64,000 nucleotides of DNA, taken from assembly GCA_963796275.1 (NCBI GenBank), contig CAWCKY010000001.1, forward strand, positions 1,216,001 to 1,280,000. The letters run 5' to 3'. Origin of the DNA: an uncultured Acidobacteriota bacterium. Lineage in GTDB: Bacteria > Acidobacteriota > Blastocatellia > RBC074. The notes below the pieces were generated by a model that ran no database searches, was not told the origin of the DNA, and worked only from the letters and a program-made list of their open reading frames with translations. The translations under genes were made by a program, and so were the position numbers. Positions 29,634 to 39,589 of this stretch are shown here, piece by piece (position 1 is the first letter of the stretch; each line of letters opens with the position of its first letter).

Positions 29634-32600
29634 GTGATGAATTTTTTTGAGTCAATGAACAGCATGAAATGGAAATTGCCAGTTTTGTTCCTGGCTTGCG
29701 GCTTACTTGTTTACTCGTTCTGTAGTGAATCGGCCGTCAGCCGCGCGCAGCGACGCATCGATTTCAACCGCGACATTCGCCCGATCCTTTCTGATAAATG
29801 TTTCGCCTGCCATGGACCGGACGCGCCCAACCAGAAGATCAGGCTGCGTCTCGATTCAGAGGCCGCCGCGACTGCTGATCTGGGGAGAGGCCGTCGCGCA
29901 ATCGTTCCGGGTGATATTGAACGGAGCGAGGTCGTGCGCCGCATCACGGCGAGCGACGAATCGATGCGAATGCCTCCGTCATATTCCGGACATAAATTGA
30001 CTCGAACAGAGATCGATCTGATTATCGACTGGATCAAAGATGGCGCACAGTGGCAGAAACATTGGTCGTTCATCCCGCCTGACAGGCCGGAGCTGCCGCA
30101 AGTCAAAAACAAATCGTGGCCGAAAAACCCGATCGATTATTTTGTGCTGCAACGTCTGGAGCGCGAAGGTTTGGAACCCTCGCCCGAGGCTGATCGCGCC
30201 ACTCTCTTACGCCGTCTGTCTTTCGATCTGACCGGGCTTCCGCCGTCGCTGAAGGAGATCGATGACTTTATCAACGACAAATCGGATTATGCCTACGAAA
30301 AGGTCGTCGACCGTTTGCTCAGCAGCCCACGGTACGGCGAACGGATGGCTTTCAGATGGCTCGATGCGGCCAGGTATGCCGATACGAACGGATATCAGAT
30401 CGATGGGAATCGCGATGCCTGGCGCTGGCGCGATTGGGTGATCGAATCTTTCAACCGCAATATGCCGTTCGACCAATTCGTTGTCGAGCAATTGGCCGGC
30501 GATCTGTTGCCGAACGCTACTCTCGACCAGAAGATCGCCACCGCATTCAATCGCAACCATCGCATCAACGCCGAAGGGGGGATCGTTCCCGAAGAATATC
30601 GCATCGAGTATGTCGTCGATCGCGTAGACACGACATCGACCGTCTTCATGGGGCTGACGATGGGCTGCGCGCGCTGCCATAACCACAAATACGATCCGAT
30701 TACGCAGAAGGAGTATTATCAGCTCTCCGCCTATTTCAACAGCATCGACGAAGATGGGCATTCATTTGACCAGGGGAATTCACCGCCTTTGATCGCCGCA
30801 CCCACTGATGAGCAACAGCGGAAATTATCGCACTACGATCGGGTGATCGAAGAAGCTGAAAATCGAATCGATGTGCTATCACAACAATACGCCGCAAACC
30901 AACGCCGCTGGGAGAAGTCATTGAAATCTTCCGCTCGCGGGAAATCGAAACGACACTGGTTCCCAGAAGAAAATCTACTGGTACATCTTGGGTTCGATCA
31001 AACCAGCATCCCCGTCTTCAACAAATCGGACCGGCCGTATCACGGGCAATCCGACAAGAAGATGGAGATCGGATTCAAGGGAGGCACGCCGCACTACGTG
31101 GTTGCGCCGGCGGGGCAGGGGGTAGCCTTCGACGGAAAATTATCATTCGATGCCGGCTTGCACGCTGATTTCCGTTACAAATCGACTTCTCAGGATTTCC
31201 GTGAGCGTTTCACGATTGCTGCGTGGGTATACCCGGGATCGGAACAGAGCGGCTCAATTGTTACGAAGGTCAGCGACAACCCGGCGGAAACGGAAAATAA
31301 CATCCCGCGCGCCGATGGTTACGGAATCTATTTTCTGAATGGCAAGCTCCATTTCAATATGGTTTTCCGCTGGGGCGAAGATACGCTGCGAGTCGAAACG
31401 GAAAATACATTGCCGGTCAAACAGTGGCATCATATAGCCGTGGTGTTCGATGGATCTGAGGTCTGGGAAGACCGCATCCGTATCTACGTAGACGGGAAGC
31501 AGGAAAAACTGAAATTCAATCAACGAAATTTCTTTCTGTTTTTCGGCAATTCCAGGGAGACGCTGAAGATCGGCGCCGGCGGCGGTCCGCAGGTTCGCTT
31601 CAAAGGCGCGCTTGACGAAGTGCGAATTTATAGCCGCGCCCTCGATACGGATGAGATCGCTCTGCTCGGTTGCGCAGATTCGCTGGAAAAAATCGCAGCG
31701 ATTCCTTCCGCCAATCGAACGCGCGTCCAGGAGTTAAAGATTCATCGCGCCTTCGTCGCGCAAGCCGGCCCGGCAGATGTGAAAGATGCTTACAAAAAAT
31801 TGATCGATCTCAAACAGGAGAGGCTCAATTTTACAGACACCATCCCTACCTTGATGGTCATGGAAGAGTTGCCCGAGCCTCGTCCGACATTTTTGCTCAA
31901 GCGCGGCGCGTATGATGCTCCCGGTGAAAAAGTAGGCCGCGGCGTTCCATTCGCATTGCCGTCGATTCCTTCGTCCTTCCCTGACAACCGTCTCGGTTTC
32001 TCGAAATGGCTGGTCAGCCCCGGTCATCCTCTGACGTCTCGTGTAGCGGTGAACCGGTTCTGGCAGATGCTGTTCGGTTCAGGACTCGTCATCACCGGAG
32101 AGGATTTTGGATTACAGGGAGAATTGCCTGCACACCCGGAATTGCTTGATTGGCTGGCGGTGGAGTTTATGAACCCGGGGCAGAACGGCGGGATGGGGCG
32201 TTCGGGCGATGAACTAAAGAGTCCCATCGCCCAGTCCAACTCCCCAGACCTTCCGTGGAATGTCAAAGATTTGCTCAAGACAATTGTGATGAGCGCCACC
32301 TATCGCCAGGAGTCTAAGATCGACGAACGCCTGCAACAGCGCGATCCGGACAACCGGTTGCTTGCGCGCGGCCCGCGGTTCAGGCTTCCGGCTGAAATGA
32401 TACGCGACCAAGCTCTTGCTGTTTCAGGCCTGCTAGTTGAAAAACTCGCTGGGCCATCGGTAAAACCGTATCAGCCGGATGGTCTATACAAGGACATGGC
32501 ATTTTCCGGTCTCACCGGTTACGAACGTGATAAGGGTGATGGATTGTGGCGGCGCAGTCTTTACACTTTCTGGAAACGGACTGTGCTCACGCCGAATATG

Positions 32601-33005
32601 CAGGTATTCGACGCTTCGGCGCGCGAATTCTGCACGGTGCGGGATACGCGCACAAACACGCCGCTGCAATCGCTCAACCTGATGAACGATGTCACCTACA
32701 TCGAAGCCTCGCGGATGCTGGCACAGCGGATGTTACTGGAAGGCGGGAATTCTCCGACCGCGCGAATCAGTTGGGCTTTTCGACTGCTGACATCGCGACA
32801 ACCGAAAGCCAGAGAGATTGATATCCTGCTGCGGAATCTCGACCAACAGATAGCTCACTTCGCCCGCAATCCGCAGCATGCAGTCAAACTGTTGTCAGTC
32901 GGTGAAATGCGGAATGACAGTAAACTGAATGCATCAGAACTGGCTGCGTATGCAGCGACGGCGAGTCTTATTCTGAATCTCGATGAAGTGATTACCAAGC
33001 AGTAA
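29634..33005 (+). CDS. DUF1549/DUF1553 protein with planctomycete cytochrome c domain and LamG insert
   Basis: [39 protein letters not shown], LamG ([22 protein letters not shown]), TNTPLQSL. Confidence 0.92.
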   Translation: MMNFFESMNSMKWKLPVLFLACGLLVYSFCSESAVSRAQRRIDFNRDIRPILSDKCFACHGPDAPNQKIRLRLDSEAAATADLGRGRRAIVPGDIERSEVVRRITASDESMRMPPSYSGHKLTRTEIDLIIDWIKDGAQWQKHWSFIPPDRPELPQVKNKSWPKNPIDYFVLQRLEREGLEPSPEADRATLLRRLSFDLTGLPPSLKEIDDFINDKSDYAYEKVVDRLLSSPRYGERMAFRWLDAARYADTNGYQIDGNRDAWRWRDWVIESFNRNMPFDQFVVEQLAGDLLPNATLDQKIATAFNRNHRINAEGGIVPEEYRIEYVVDRVDTTSTVFMGLTMGCARCHNHKYDPITQKEYYQLSAYFNSIDEDGHSFDQGNSPPLIAAPTDEQQRKLSHYDRVIEEAENRIDVLSQQYAANQRRWEKSLKSSARGKSKRHWFPEENLLVHLGFDQTSIPVFNKSDRPYHGQSDKKMEIGFKGGTPHYVVAPAGQGVAFDGKLSFDAGLHADFRYKSTSQDFRERFTIAAWVYPGSEQSGSIVTKVSDNPAETENNIPRADGYGIYFLNGKLHFNMVFRWGEDTLRVETENTLPVKQWHHIAVVFDGSEVWEDRIRIYVDGKQEKLKFNQRNFFLFFGNSRETLKIGAGGGPQVRFKGALDEVRIYSRALDTDEIALLGCADSLEKIAAIPSANRTRVQELKIHRAFVAQAGPADVKDAYKKLIDLKQERLNFTDTIPTLMVMEELPEPRPTFLLKRGAYDAPGEKVGRGVPFALPSIPSSFPDNRLGFSKWLVSPGHPLTSRVAVNRFWQMLFGSGLVITGEDFGLQGELPAHPELLDWLAVEFMNPGQNGGMGRSGDELKSPIAQSNSPDLPWNVKDLLKTIVMSATYRQESKIDERLQQRDPDNRLLARGPRFRLPAEMIRDQALAVSGLLVEKLAGPSVKPYQPDGLYKDMAFSGLTGYERDKGDGLWRRSLYTFWKRTVLTPNMQVFDASAREFCTVRDTRTNTPLQSLNLMNDVTYIEASRMLAQRMLLEGGNSPTARISWAFRLLTSRQPKAREIDILLRNLDQQIAHFARNPQHAVKLLSVGEMRNDSKLNASELAAYAATASLILNLDEVITKQ

Positions 33006-33212
33006 GTGTGTGTTTCTTCGAAGCCATGAAAGATCGTGATTGCCTATGATCTATTCGTAGAGGATGTGCAAATTATGAATGATGTTATAAACGCGCCCCC
33101 TAGGGTTATGGCAATGAATAGGACCCTTTTGGGGCCCTACGATGTAATCGACCTTAATTCAATGCCATTGTCCTTGGGGCTTCAAGTCGAACCAGCAAAG
33201 GTAGATTGACTC

Positions 33213-34667
33213 ATGATGAACCCGCTCAATGATTATCATCTGACGATGACCCGCAGGTATTTCTTCAGCAGATTTGGCCTCGGCCTCGGTACTGCCGCTC
33301 TGGCCTCGCTCCTGAAGGAGAATGTTTTTGGGAGGGGTTTGCCTCAAAATAGCGACGCTTTGAACGGTTTGCCTCATTTTACTCCTAAGGCGAAGCGCGT
33401 GATTTATCTCTATCAAGCCGGTGGGCCGTCGCAGCTCGAGCTCTTCGATCCCAAACCGATGCTTGAAAATCTGCGCGGCCAGAACCTGCCCGAGTCGATT
33501 CGGATGGGGCAGCGATTAACCGGTATGACCGCTCATCAAGCGACCTGGCCGACAGCGCCTTCGAGATTCAAATTCGCGCAACATGGCGAATCGGGAGCAT
33601 GGCTCAGTGAATTGCTTCCCCACACTTCCAAGCTTGCCGATCAATTGTGCTTCATCAAGTCAATGCATACAGAACAGATCAATCATGATCCGGCGATTAC
33701 GTTTTCGCTAACGGGGTTCCAGCTCGCCGGTCGTCCGAGCCTGGGTTCGTGGGTCGCGTACGGACTTGGAAGTGAGAATAAAGACCTGCCGGCATTCATC
33801 GTTATGATATCGGTCGGCAGGACCGGCGGCGATCAGCCTTTATATGATCGGCTGTGGGGAAGCGGATTTTTGGCTTCACGTTACCAGGGTGTGAAGTTTC
33901 ATAACGGTCCGGATCCGGTGCTCTACTTGTCGAATCCTCCGGGCGTGGCTAAGCAAGTGCGCAGGCAATTTCTCGATGATCTTGCGGAAATGAACCGGAT
34001 CAATGCCGAGGAGTTCGGTGACCCCGAGATACTCTCGCGCGTGGCCCAGTACGAGATGGCATATAGAATGCAGACCTCGGTTCCTGAACTGAACGATCTA
34101 TCAAAAGAGACTGAAAAGACCTTTGAGCGGTACGGTCCGGATGCGCGCAAGCCTGGCACCTTCGCGTTCAACTGCATTCTGGCGCGCCGCCTGGTAGAAC
34201 GCGGCGTGCGTTTCATACAGTTGTTCCATCGCGGTTGGGACCAGCACGGGGACTTGCCGAAAAACATAGCGAAACAGTGTCTGGACACGGATCAGCCTTC
34301 GGCGGCCTTAATTCTTGATTTGAAAGAACGAGGTTTGCTGGAGGACACATTGGTGATTTGGGGCGGTGAATTCGGACGGACGGTCTATTCACAGGGTAAA
34401 CTTACGGCCGACAATTACGGGCGCGACCACCATCCGCGCTGTTTCACTGTTTGGCTCGCAGGCGGCGGCATCAAGCCGGGAATTTCGATCGGCGAAACCG
34501 ATGACTTCAGCTACAACATCACTCGCGACCCGGTTCACGCCCATGACCTCAACGCTACCATCCTGCATTGCCTGGGTATCGATCACAAACAGCTAACATA
34601 CAAGTTCCAGGGGAGAGACTTCAGATTGACCGATGTTCATGGCAATGTTGTTACTAAGATTTTATAG
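33213..34667 (+). CDS. DUF1501 family (sulfatase-like) protein
   Basis: TRRYFF Tat-like signal, [32 protein letters not shown]. Confidence 0.92.
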   Translation: MMNPLNDYHLTMTRRYFFSRFGLGLGTAALASLLKENVFGRGLPQNSDALNGLPHFTPKAKRVIYLYQAGGPSQLELFDPKPMLENLRGQNLPESIRMGQRLTGMTAHQATWPTAPSRFKFAQHGESGAWLSELLPHTSKLADQLCFIKSMHTEQINHDPAITFSLTGFQLAGRPSLGSWVAYGLGSENKDLPAFIVMISVGRTGGDQPLYDRLWGSGFLASRYQGVKFHNGPDPVLYLSNPPGVAKQVRRQFLDDLAEMNRINAEEFGDPEILSRVAQYEMAYRMQTSVPELNDLSKETEKTFERYGPDARKPGTFAFNCILARRLVERGVRFIQLFHRGWDQHGDLPKNIAKQCLDTDQPSAALILDLKERGLLEDTLVIWGGEFGRTVYSQGKLTADNYGRDHHPRCFTVWLAGGGIKPGISIGETDDFSYNITRDPVHAHDLNATILHCLGIDHKQLTYKFQGRDFRLTDVHGNVVTKIL

Positions 34668-34675
34668 CTCGTGTG

Positions 34676-34691
34676 TGGCATCAGCTTTGCT
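34676..34691 (+). promoter_or_regulatory. Putative sigma54 promoter
   Basis: TGGCATCAGCTTTGCT with exact spacing, oriented toward the BON/SRPBCC gene. Confidence 0.45.
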
Positions 34692-34861
34692 CCTCCTTAC
34701 TTAATTCATATTTCTAGATCAGCTTGGATCGGAGACAGACGGATCTGTACCGCATATGGACGTACGTGCGGAGTGCATTGAGATAGTCTCCAGGTCTCTG
34801 GTTGGTTAATAGCAGAAGACTGTGCAAAAAAAAGTTAATTGAAATCAGCATTTTTCAGACC

Positions 34862-35015
34862 TGAGCGCCAGAGGCGCTGGATGTTTATAGTCTTCGATCG
34901 CCAGAGAATCACGAGCTCCGGAGGAGCGACATGTAGGCATTCATATGTCGCTCCTCCGGAGCTCGGGTTATTGTCAGTATCGTGAACTATAGACATTACG
35001 CGCCTCCGGCGCTGA
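34862..35015. repeat. Nested REP-like palindromes
   Basis: Perfect 21-bp IR CGAGCTCCGGAGGAGCGACAT / ATGTCGCTCCTCCGGAGCTCG (34912-34965) inside an outer imperfect IR; the motif TGAGCGCCAGAGGCGC recurs at ~36620. Confidence 0.65.
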
Positions 35016-35093
35016 GATGCGAGACTATTGATTCTGTTGGACACACGCTTCAAATAAATGAGCTGCTGAAAACTATTTTCTAGGGAGGTAAAG

Positions 35094-36389
35094 ATGAGAA
35101 GACATTGGATAAATATGATCGTTCCGAAAGACAAACGTTCGCGGTCTCTCACTAATCGGGCCGAGATGAGCCCGGCGCTGGCGGCGCTCGGCGGTCTGGG
35201 GATGGGGGCAGGTCTTATGTATTTATTCGATCCCGTTCGCGGCAAGCGGCGGCGCGCGCTCGTACGCGACCAGTTGGCGCATGCCGGACATGTGATTGCG
35301 CGATCGATGCCGACGACGTCACGCGACCTGAGGCATCGCGCTTATGGGGTGCTGGCTGAAGGCAGCCATCTATTCCAACACGAGGAAGTATCGAACGAGG
35401 TGTTGGAGGCGCGGGTGCGCGCGAAGATAGGGCGTTCGGTCTCGCACCCCCACGCCATCTCCGTCCAGGTCAGCAACGGGCGAGTCACATTGAGCGGCCA
35501 AGTATTGGACCTGGAAGTGAACCTCATGCTCTCGGGCGTTTCATCAGTGCGCGGCGTTCGAGATGTCGAGAACCTGCTGACGGTTCATACAGAAGACGAA
35601 GAAATACCCAGCCTGCGGGGCGGACGCCCTCGGACCGGCGATCGTTTCGCATTGATGCAGTCCAATTGGTCGCCGACCGCACGGTTATTGACGGGGTTGG
35701 CCGGAGGCGCTCTGATGGCCAATTGTCTATTGAGGCGCGACCCGCTGAGTATTGCGCTGGGCGCGGTCGGATTCGGATTGTTCATGCGCGGAAGTACCAA
35801 TCTGGATATCAAGAGCTTGATAGGCGTCGGCCGCGACTGTCGCGCGGTCGAAGTGCAGAAAACTATAAACATAAACGCGCCGGTCGAAAGGGTCTTCGAT
35901 TTCTGGACAAATTACGAGAACTTCCCGCAATTCATGTCGAGAGTACGCGAAGTGATACCAACCGGCACTGATCGTTCGCGCTGGATCATCGCAGGGCCCG
36001 CGGGCATTCCCGTTGAATGGACGGCAGAGATCACCGAGAAGGTGCCCAACAAGATGCTGGCGTGGAGGTCCATCGCAGGTTCTGCCATCAATCACGCAGG
36101 CATTGTCCACTTTGAGCCCAGGCGTGATAGCGGCACGCGTGTGCAGATCAAGATGTGGTATCGGCCGATCGCTGGAGCGGTCGGGCACAAGCTTGCATGG
36201 CTATTCGGTTCAGATCCAAAAAGCGAAATGGATGCCGACATGGTGCGGATGAAGACGTTCATTGAAACCGGCCATGCGCCGCACGATGCGGCCAGTCCAT
36301 TAACGCGAGAATCCGATTCAGCGCTGAGCCGCGCCCGGACGAATGAAGCAGAAGCCGGTAAAAAATCCCATCTGGCCGGAGGAGCCTGA
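35094..36389 (+). CDS. BON domain + SRPBCC (cyclase/dehydrase) protein
   Basis: GAGLMYLFDP.RGKRRRA, BON domain (GRVTLSG..GVRDVENLL), SRPBCC (ENFPQFM..EWTAEIT); GGAGG RBS. Confidence 0.88.
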   Translation: MRRHWINMIVPKDKRSRSLTNRAEMSPALAALGGLGMGAGLMYLFDPVRGKRRRALVRDQLAHAGHVIARSMPTTSRDLRHRAYGVLAEGSHLFQHEEVSNEVLEARVRAKIGRSVSHPHAISVQVSNGRVTLSGQVLDLEVNLMLSGVSSVRGVRDVENLLTVHTEDEEIPSLRGGRPRTGDRFALMQSNWSPTARLLTGLAGGALMANCLLRRDPLSIALGAVGFGLFMRGSTNLDIKSLIGVGRDCRAVEVQKTININAPVERVFDFWTNYENFPQFMSRVREVIPTGTDRSRWIIAGPAGIPVEWTAEITEKVPNKMLAWRSIAGSAINHAGIVHFEPRRDSGTRVQIKMWYRPIAGAVGHKLAWLFGSDPKSEMDADMVRMKTFIETGHAPHDAASPLTRESDSALSRARTNEAEAGKKSHLAGGA

Positions 36390-36520
36390 AAAGGGAGTTG
36401 ATAGCGCCACGCAATACCTGATAGACTCTGTAGCCATCCAGTAAGTCTCCCCGACGCGGTTTCCTTCATTTGTCGAAATTTCCCAACAGCTTGGGATGCC
36501 GGTAATGCCGGTGCCTATAC

Positions 36521-36536
36521 TGGCATTGTTATTGCC
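36521..36536 (+). promoter_or_regulatory. Putative sigma54 promoter
   Basis: TGGCATTGTTATTGCC with exact spacing, upstream of the CBS gene. Confidence 0.4.
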
Positions 36537-36798
36537 GAATTTATTAACGGGATAAAAAATCAACATAGCTAACTGAGTAGTGTGCAAATTAATAATCACT
36601 GGAATCAAGGTTTGGGCTTTGAGCGCCAGAGGCGCGCGACGTTTTAGTAATCAATCATCCGACGAAAAATACTGTCATCAGATATCTAAACTTCGGGTTC
36701 CTATAGAACCTCGGAGGCTATTGATTGCAATCAAACGTAATTTGCACGTGCTTCAGCTAAATACATGAACCAAAGTGACCTTTAACAGGGAGGATGAA

Positions 36799-37275
36799 AT
36801 GAGAGTACAAGATGTCATGACGAGAAACGTAAAGGCTTGCCAGCCTGAGGCCACTGTGGACCAGGCGGCGATGATGATGTGGGATTACGATTGCGGCGTG
36901 CTGCCGGTGGTGGATTATGACGGAAGGGTGATGGGAATGATCACCGATCGGGATATCGCGATAGCCGCGTCGACACGTGGCCGTCTCACGACGCAGATCA
37001 AGGTGGGCGAGGTCATGTCGGGCAACGTCCATGCTCGTGCAGAGGATGAAGATATTAAATCAGCCCTCAATACAATGCGGCGCGAGAGGGTCCGCCGGCT
37101 CCCGGTGATCAACCGTGAGGGGAAGCTTGCGGGTATTCTATCGATCAACGACGTTGTGCTGCGCGCGGAAGAGTCCAGAGTCGGACGTGTTCCTGATATC
37201 TCACAGGAGGATGTTGTGAGCACGTTTAAGGCTTTGTGCGAACACTCCAGGGCGCACCAGGCTGGAATGATCTGA
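36799..37275 (+). CDS. CBS domain-containing protein
   Basis: Tandem CBS motifs (LPVV..GMITDRDI; VRRLPVI..GILSINDV); GGAGG RBS before ATG 36799. Confidence 0.92.
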   Translation: MRVQDVMTRNVKACQPEATVDQAAMMMWDYDCGVLPVVDYDGRVMGMITDRDIAIAASTRGRLTTQIKVGEVMSGNVHARAEDEDIKSALNTMRRERVRRLPVINREGKLAGILSINDVVLRAEESRVGRVPDISQEDVVSTFKALCEHSRAHQAGMI

Positions 37276-37327
37276 TGAACCGGGAGGATAGAAGGTTTCG
37301 TGCCTTCCGAGCCTCCGGTTTATATTT

Positions 37328-37399
37328 AGACAGGATTTACATAGATGCAGGAAACAACGCAATGCGCGAAATTCCTGATGAATATTGTAAATCCTGTCT
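37328..37399. repeat. Intergenic inverted repeat
   Basis: AGACAGGATTTACA...TGTAAATCCTGTCT. Confidence 0.55.
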
Positions 37400-37591
37400 T
37401 CCCTCTAGGGAGACGGGCGCGACCTCACGACCAATATTTTTCGTGACCTGACTTCGTAAGAATCAGAAACCATTAAAAATTTTTCCACAATAATATTTTT
37501 GAATCTCTCCTGATTGATATGTCTATATGGTAGTCTGCTGCCAATGGCAGGGGGACATTTCCGTTAAGGAAATATTCGAAGGAGGCGTTTT

Positions 37592-38869
37592 ATGGGCCAG
37601 GATGTAACAACCGGGGTGGAAAGCGAAGTAATGGTGACGATCATTGACGCCAGACGCGCGTTGCACGGCATCATGCCGTCGTGGCGGATCGATATTGTTC
37701 TTGCCTCTCTGGTAGCCGAGCCGGAGACGCTCGAAGAATTGGAAGACGCCATCGCGCGGTACGATGCGTCGGTCATCAGCCAGGGGTTTCTCGTTCATCT
37801 GGAGCGCGGCGTGAATGAGACGCCGTGGGATGCGGGAGTCGTAATCATCGATATGACCGCACGGTTGATTGTGGCCGAGACCGAACCGGCGATTTATAAG
37901 CCTGAACGTAATGGATTTACGCTATATTGCGCTGATCCACCGCTCGACTGGTTCAAATCAGCTCAGGAAGAGCTCATCCAAATTCCTTATATGATTTCGG
38001 ATGACTGGCTCATCACAGACACGTTAGACTGCTGGCGCGGAACGGCTGAGCGCCGCAGCAGCGAGCGCTCGGCGAATCCGCACTTCGACGCACGGTCCGT
38101 CCTGTTCGGTAAAATCGCTGAATTCATCGCGCAGCAATGCGCAATCGCGCAAGCTGCCGGGAAGGAAGACCCGATAGCTGAAATCCACGAAGCGTGGCTG
38201 ATGACCCCGCGCGAGGATTTGCGCGGTCAGACGCCGCGCGAAATACTGCTGGCCAGGCTGGAGTTCATCGACCATGATCTGTTCTCCCGCGAGTTGCAAT
38301 GGAGCCTCACTTGCGTCCGCCCGCCGATTTTGAATCATGCATCGGCAGCTTACCGTTACGCCGGGTTCGGCACACACAGCAACTTTGTTTACTTCGAGAT
38401 GATTCGTCACATGCTCGAAGAGTGCTGGAAGCGCACGCGCCCGGACCAGCTCTTGCCTCTCGACGATGAGATAGCGCATTTAGAAGAACAGCAAGTTGAT
38501 TATTTGACCGAAGGGACTGAGATGAGATACACCCCCGGGTGGTTTTTGGAGCAGGAGCGATTGCGCATACCTATCCTCGCACCGGAGGACTTCGAAGACC
38601 TGGGAGATGCGGAATTCACAATTCCGCGTGCCGCTGATGACCCGACATTGAGTATGGAGTTCATGCGCTTGTGTGTTGATCATATGAATGCAGAAGAGAA
38701 CTTCGTTTTCTCCTTATACGCCTCGCGTGAAGAATGGGAATCAGAACGCCACGTCTGGGAGACGCTGCAGTGCCGACCCGAGATCGGATTGACAGGCGAC
38801 GAGAGGATTTACAATGATCGGATGCCGAAGGAGGAAGATGAAATCGATGATGACGAATGGCCTTCCTGA
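37592..38869 (+). CDS. Hypothetical protein (acidic; contains WLxTPxxDLxGxTP motif)
   Basis: 425-aa ORF with AGGAGG RBS; the motif resembles MbcA/ParS/Xre antitoxin C-terminal segments. Confidence 0.75.
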   Translation: MGQDVTTGVESEVMVTIIDARRALHGIMPSWRIDIVLASLVAEPETLEELEDAIARYDASVISQGFLVHLERGVNETPWDAGVVIIDMTARLIVAETEPAIYKPERNGFTLYCADPPLDWFKSAQEELIQIPYMISDDWLITDTLDCWRGTAERRSSERSANPHFDARSVLFGKIAEFIAQQCAIAQAAGKEDPIAEIHEAWLMTPREDLRGQTPREILLARLEFIDHDLFSRELQWSLTCVRPPILNHASAAYRYAGFGTHSNFVYFEMIRHMLEECWKRTRPDQLLPLDDEIAHLEEQQVDYLTEGTEMRYTPGWFLEQERLRIPILAPEDFEDLGDAEFTIPRAADDPTLSMEFMRLCVDHMNAEENFVFSLYASREEWESERHVWETLQCRPEIGLTGDERIYNDRMPKEEDEIDDDEWPS

Positions 38870-38939
38870 GCCCGCGCTGCCGCATAACTGGCGCCCCGGT
38901 CTCAGTCAAGAGATCAAATACACGCGTTTAGATTGTGAT

Positions 38940-39245
38940 TCAATATGAATTGAAATAGGTATAGAAGATAAACGAGAAAAGTAATATCAAAAGTATTATA
39001 TTTACCCACCGCGCGATAACTATACTTTTACGTTCTCTCCTATGGAATTCAAAAAGTTTACTCCTCAATTCATATTTCTCTTTAAAGTCTTTATTGATAT
39101 CGGAAGGATCGTGTTCCAAGATGTCTTGGTAAAATTCGTGTGCATTTTTCAATTCCTCGAAGTCGTCATTTGGCATAAGCTGAGATTCCCCTTTCCCCAT
39201 CCGAAGAGCATGCAACTGCTTCTTGAGAACCGATCTTAATAACAA
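38940..39245 (-). CDS. Hypothetical AT-rich membrane protein (possibly a fragment)
   Basis: 101-aa ORF with C-terminal TM in an AT-rich patch; weak start. Confidence 0.4.
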   Translation of the reverse strand: MLLRSVLKKQLHALRMGKGESQLMPNDDFEELKNAHEFYQDILEHDPSDINKDFKEKYELRSKLFEFHRRERKSIVIARWVNIILLILLFSFIFYTYFNSY

Positions 39246-39383
39246 CCCAGCATAACTTCAACATAAATAATAATCGATCAAAGTTGAATGTCTGATTTAG
39301 ATCGCGATGAGAGAATGCGCGGGACGGCGCTGGTGGTGATAGCGAGCGTGGCGCTCGCGCCGGCGTGGGATATCGTCATCCAA

Positions 39384-39497
39384 GGTAGTCGGTAGTCGGT
39401 AGTCGGTAGTCGGTTGTCGGCTGTCGGTAGTCGGTAGTCGGCTGTCGGTTGTCGGCTGTCGGTAGTCGGTAGTCGGTTGTCGGTTGTCGGTTGTCGG
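39384..39497. repeat. Heptamer tandem repeat GG(T/C)(A/T)GTC, ~16 copies
   Basis: ggtagtc/ggttgtc/ggctgtc units in tandem. Confidence 0.92.
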
Positions 39498-39589
39498 TCC
39501 AGAGATATCAGTTCGAGACGACTCGAATCTTGGACAGCAGCTCGTCTTCAATGGCATTGACTGACAACCTCATGACGAATCAAATTTCG

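Noticed and set aside
39297-39557. ORF with PTTDxRQ repeats
   Set aside because: Translation artefact of the heptamer repeat
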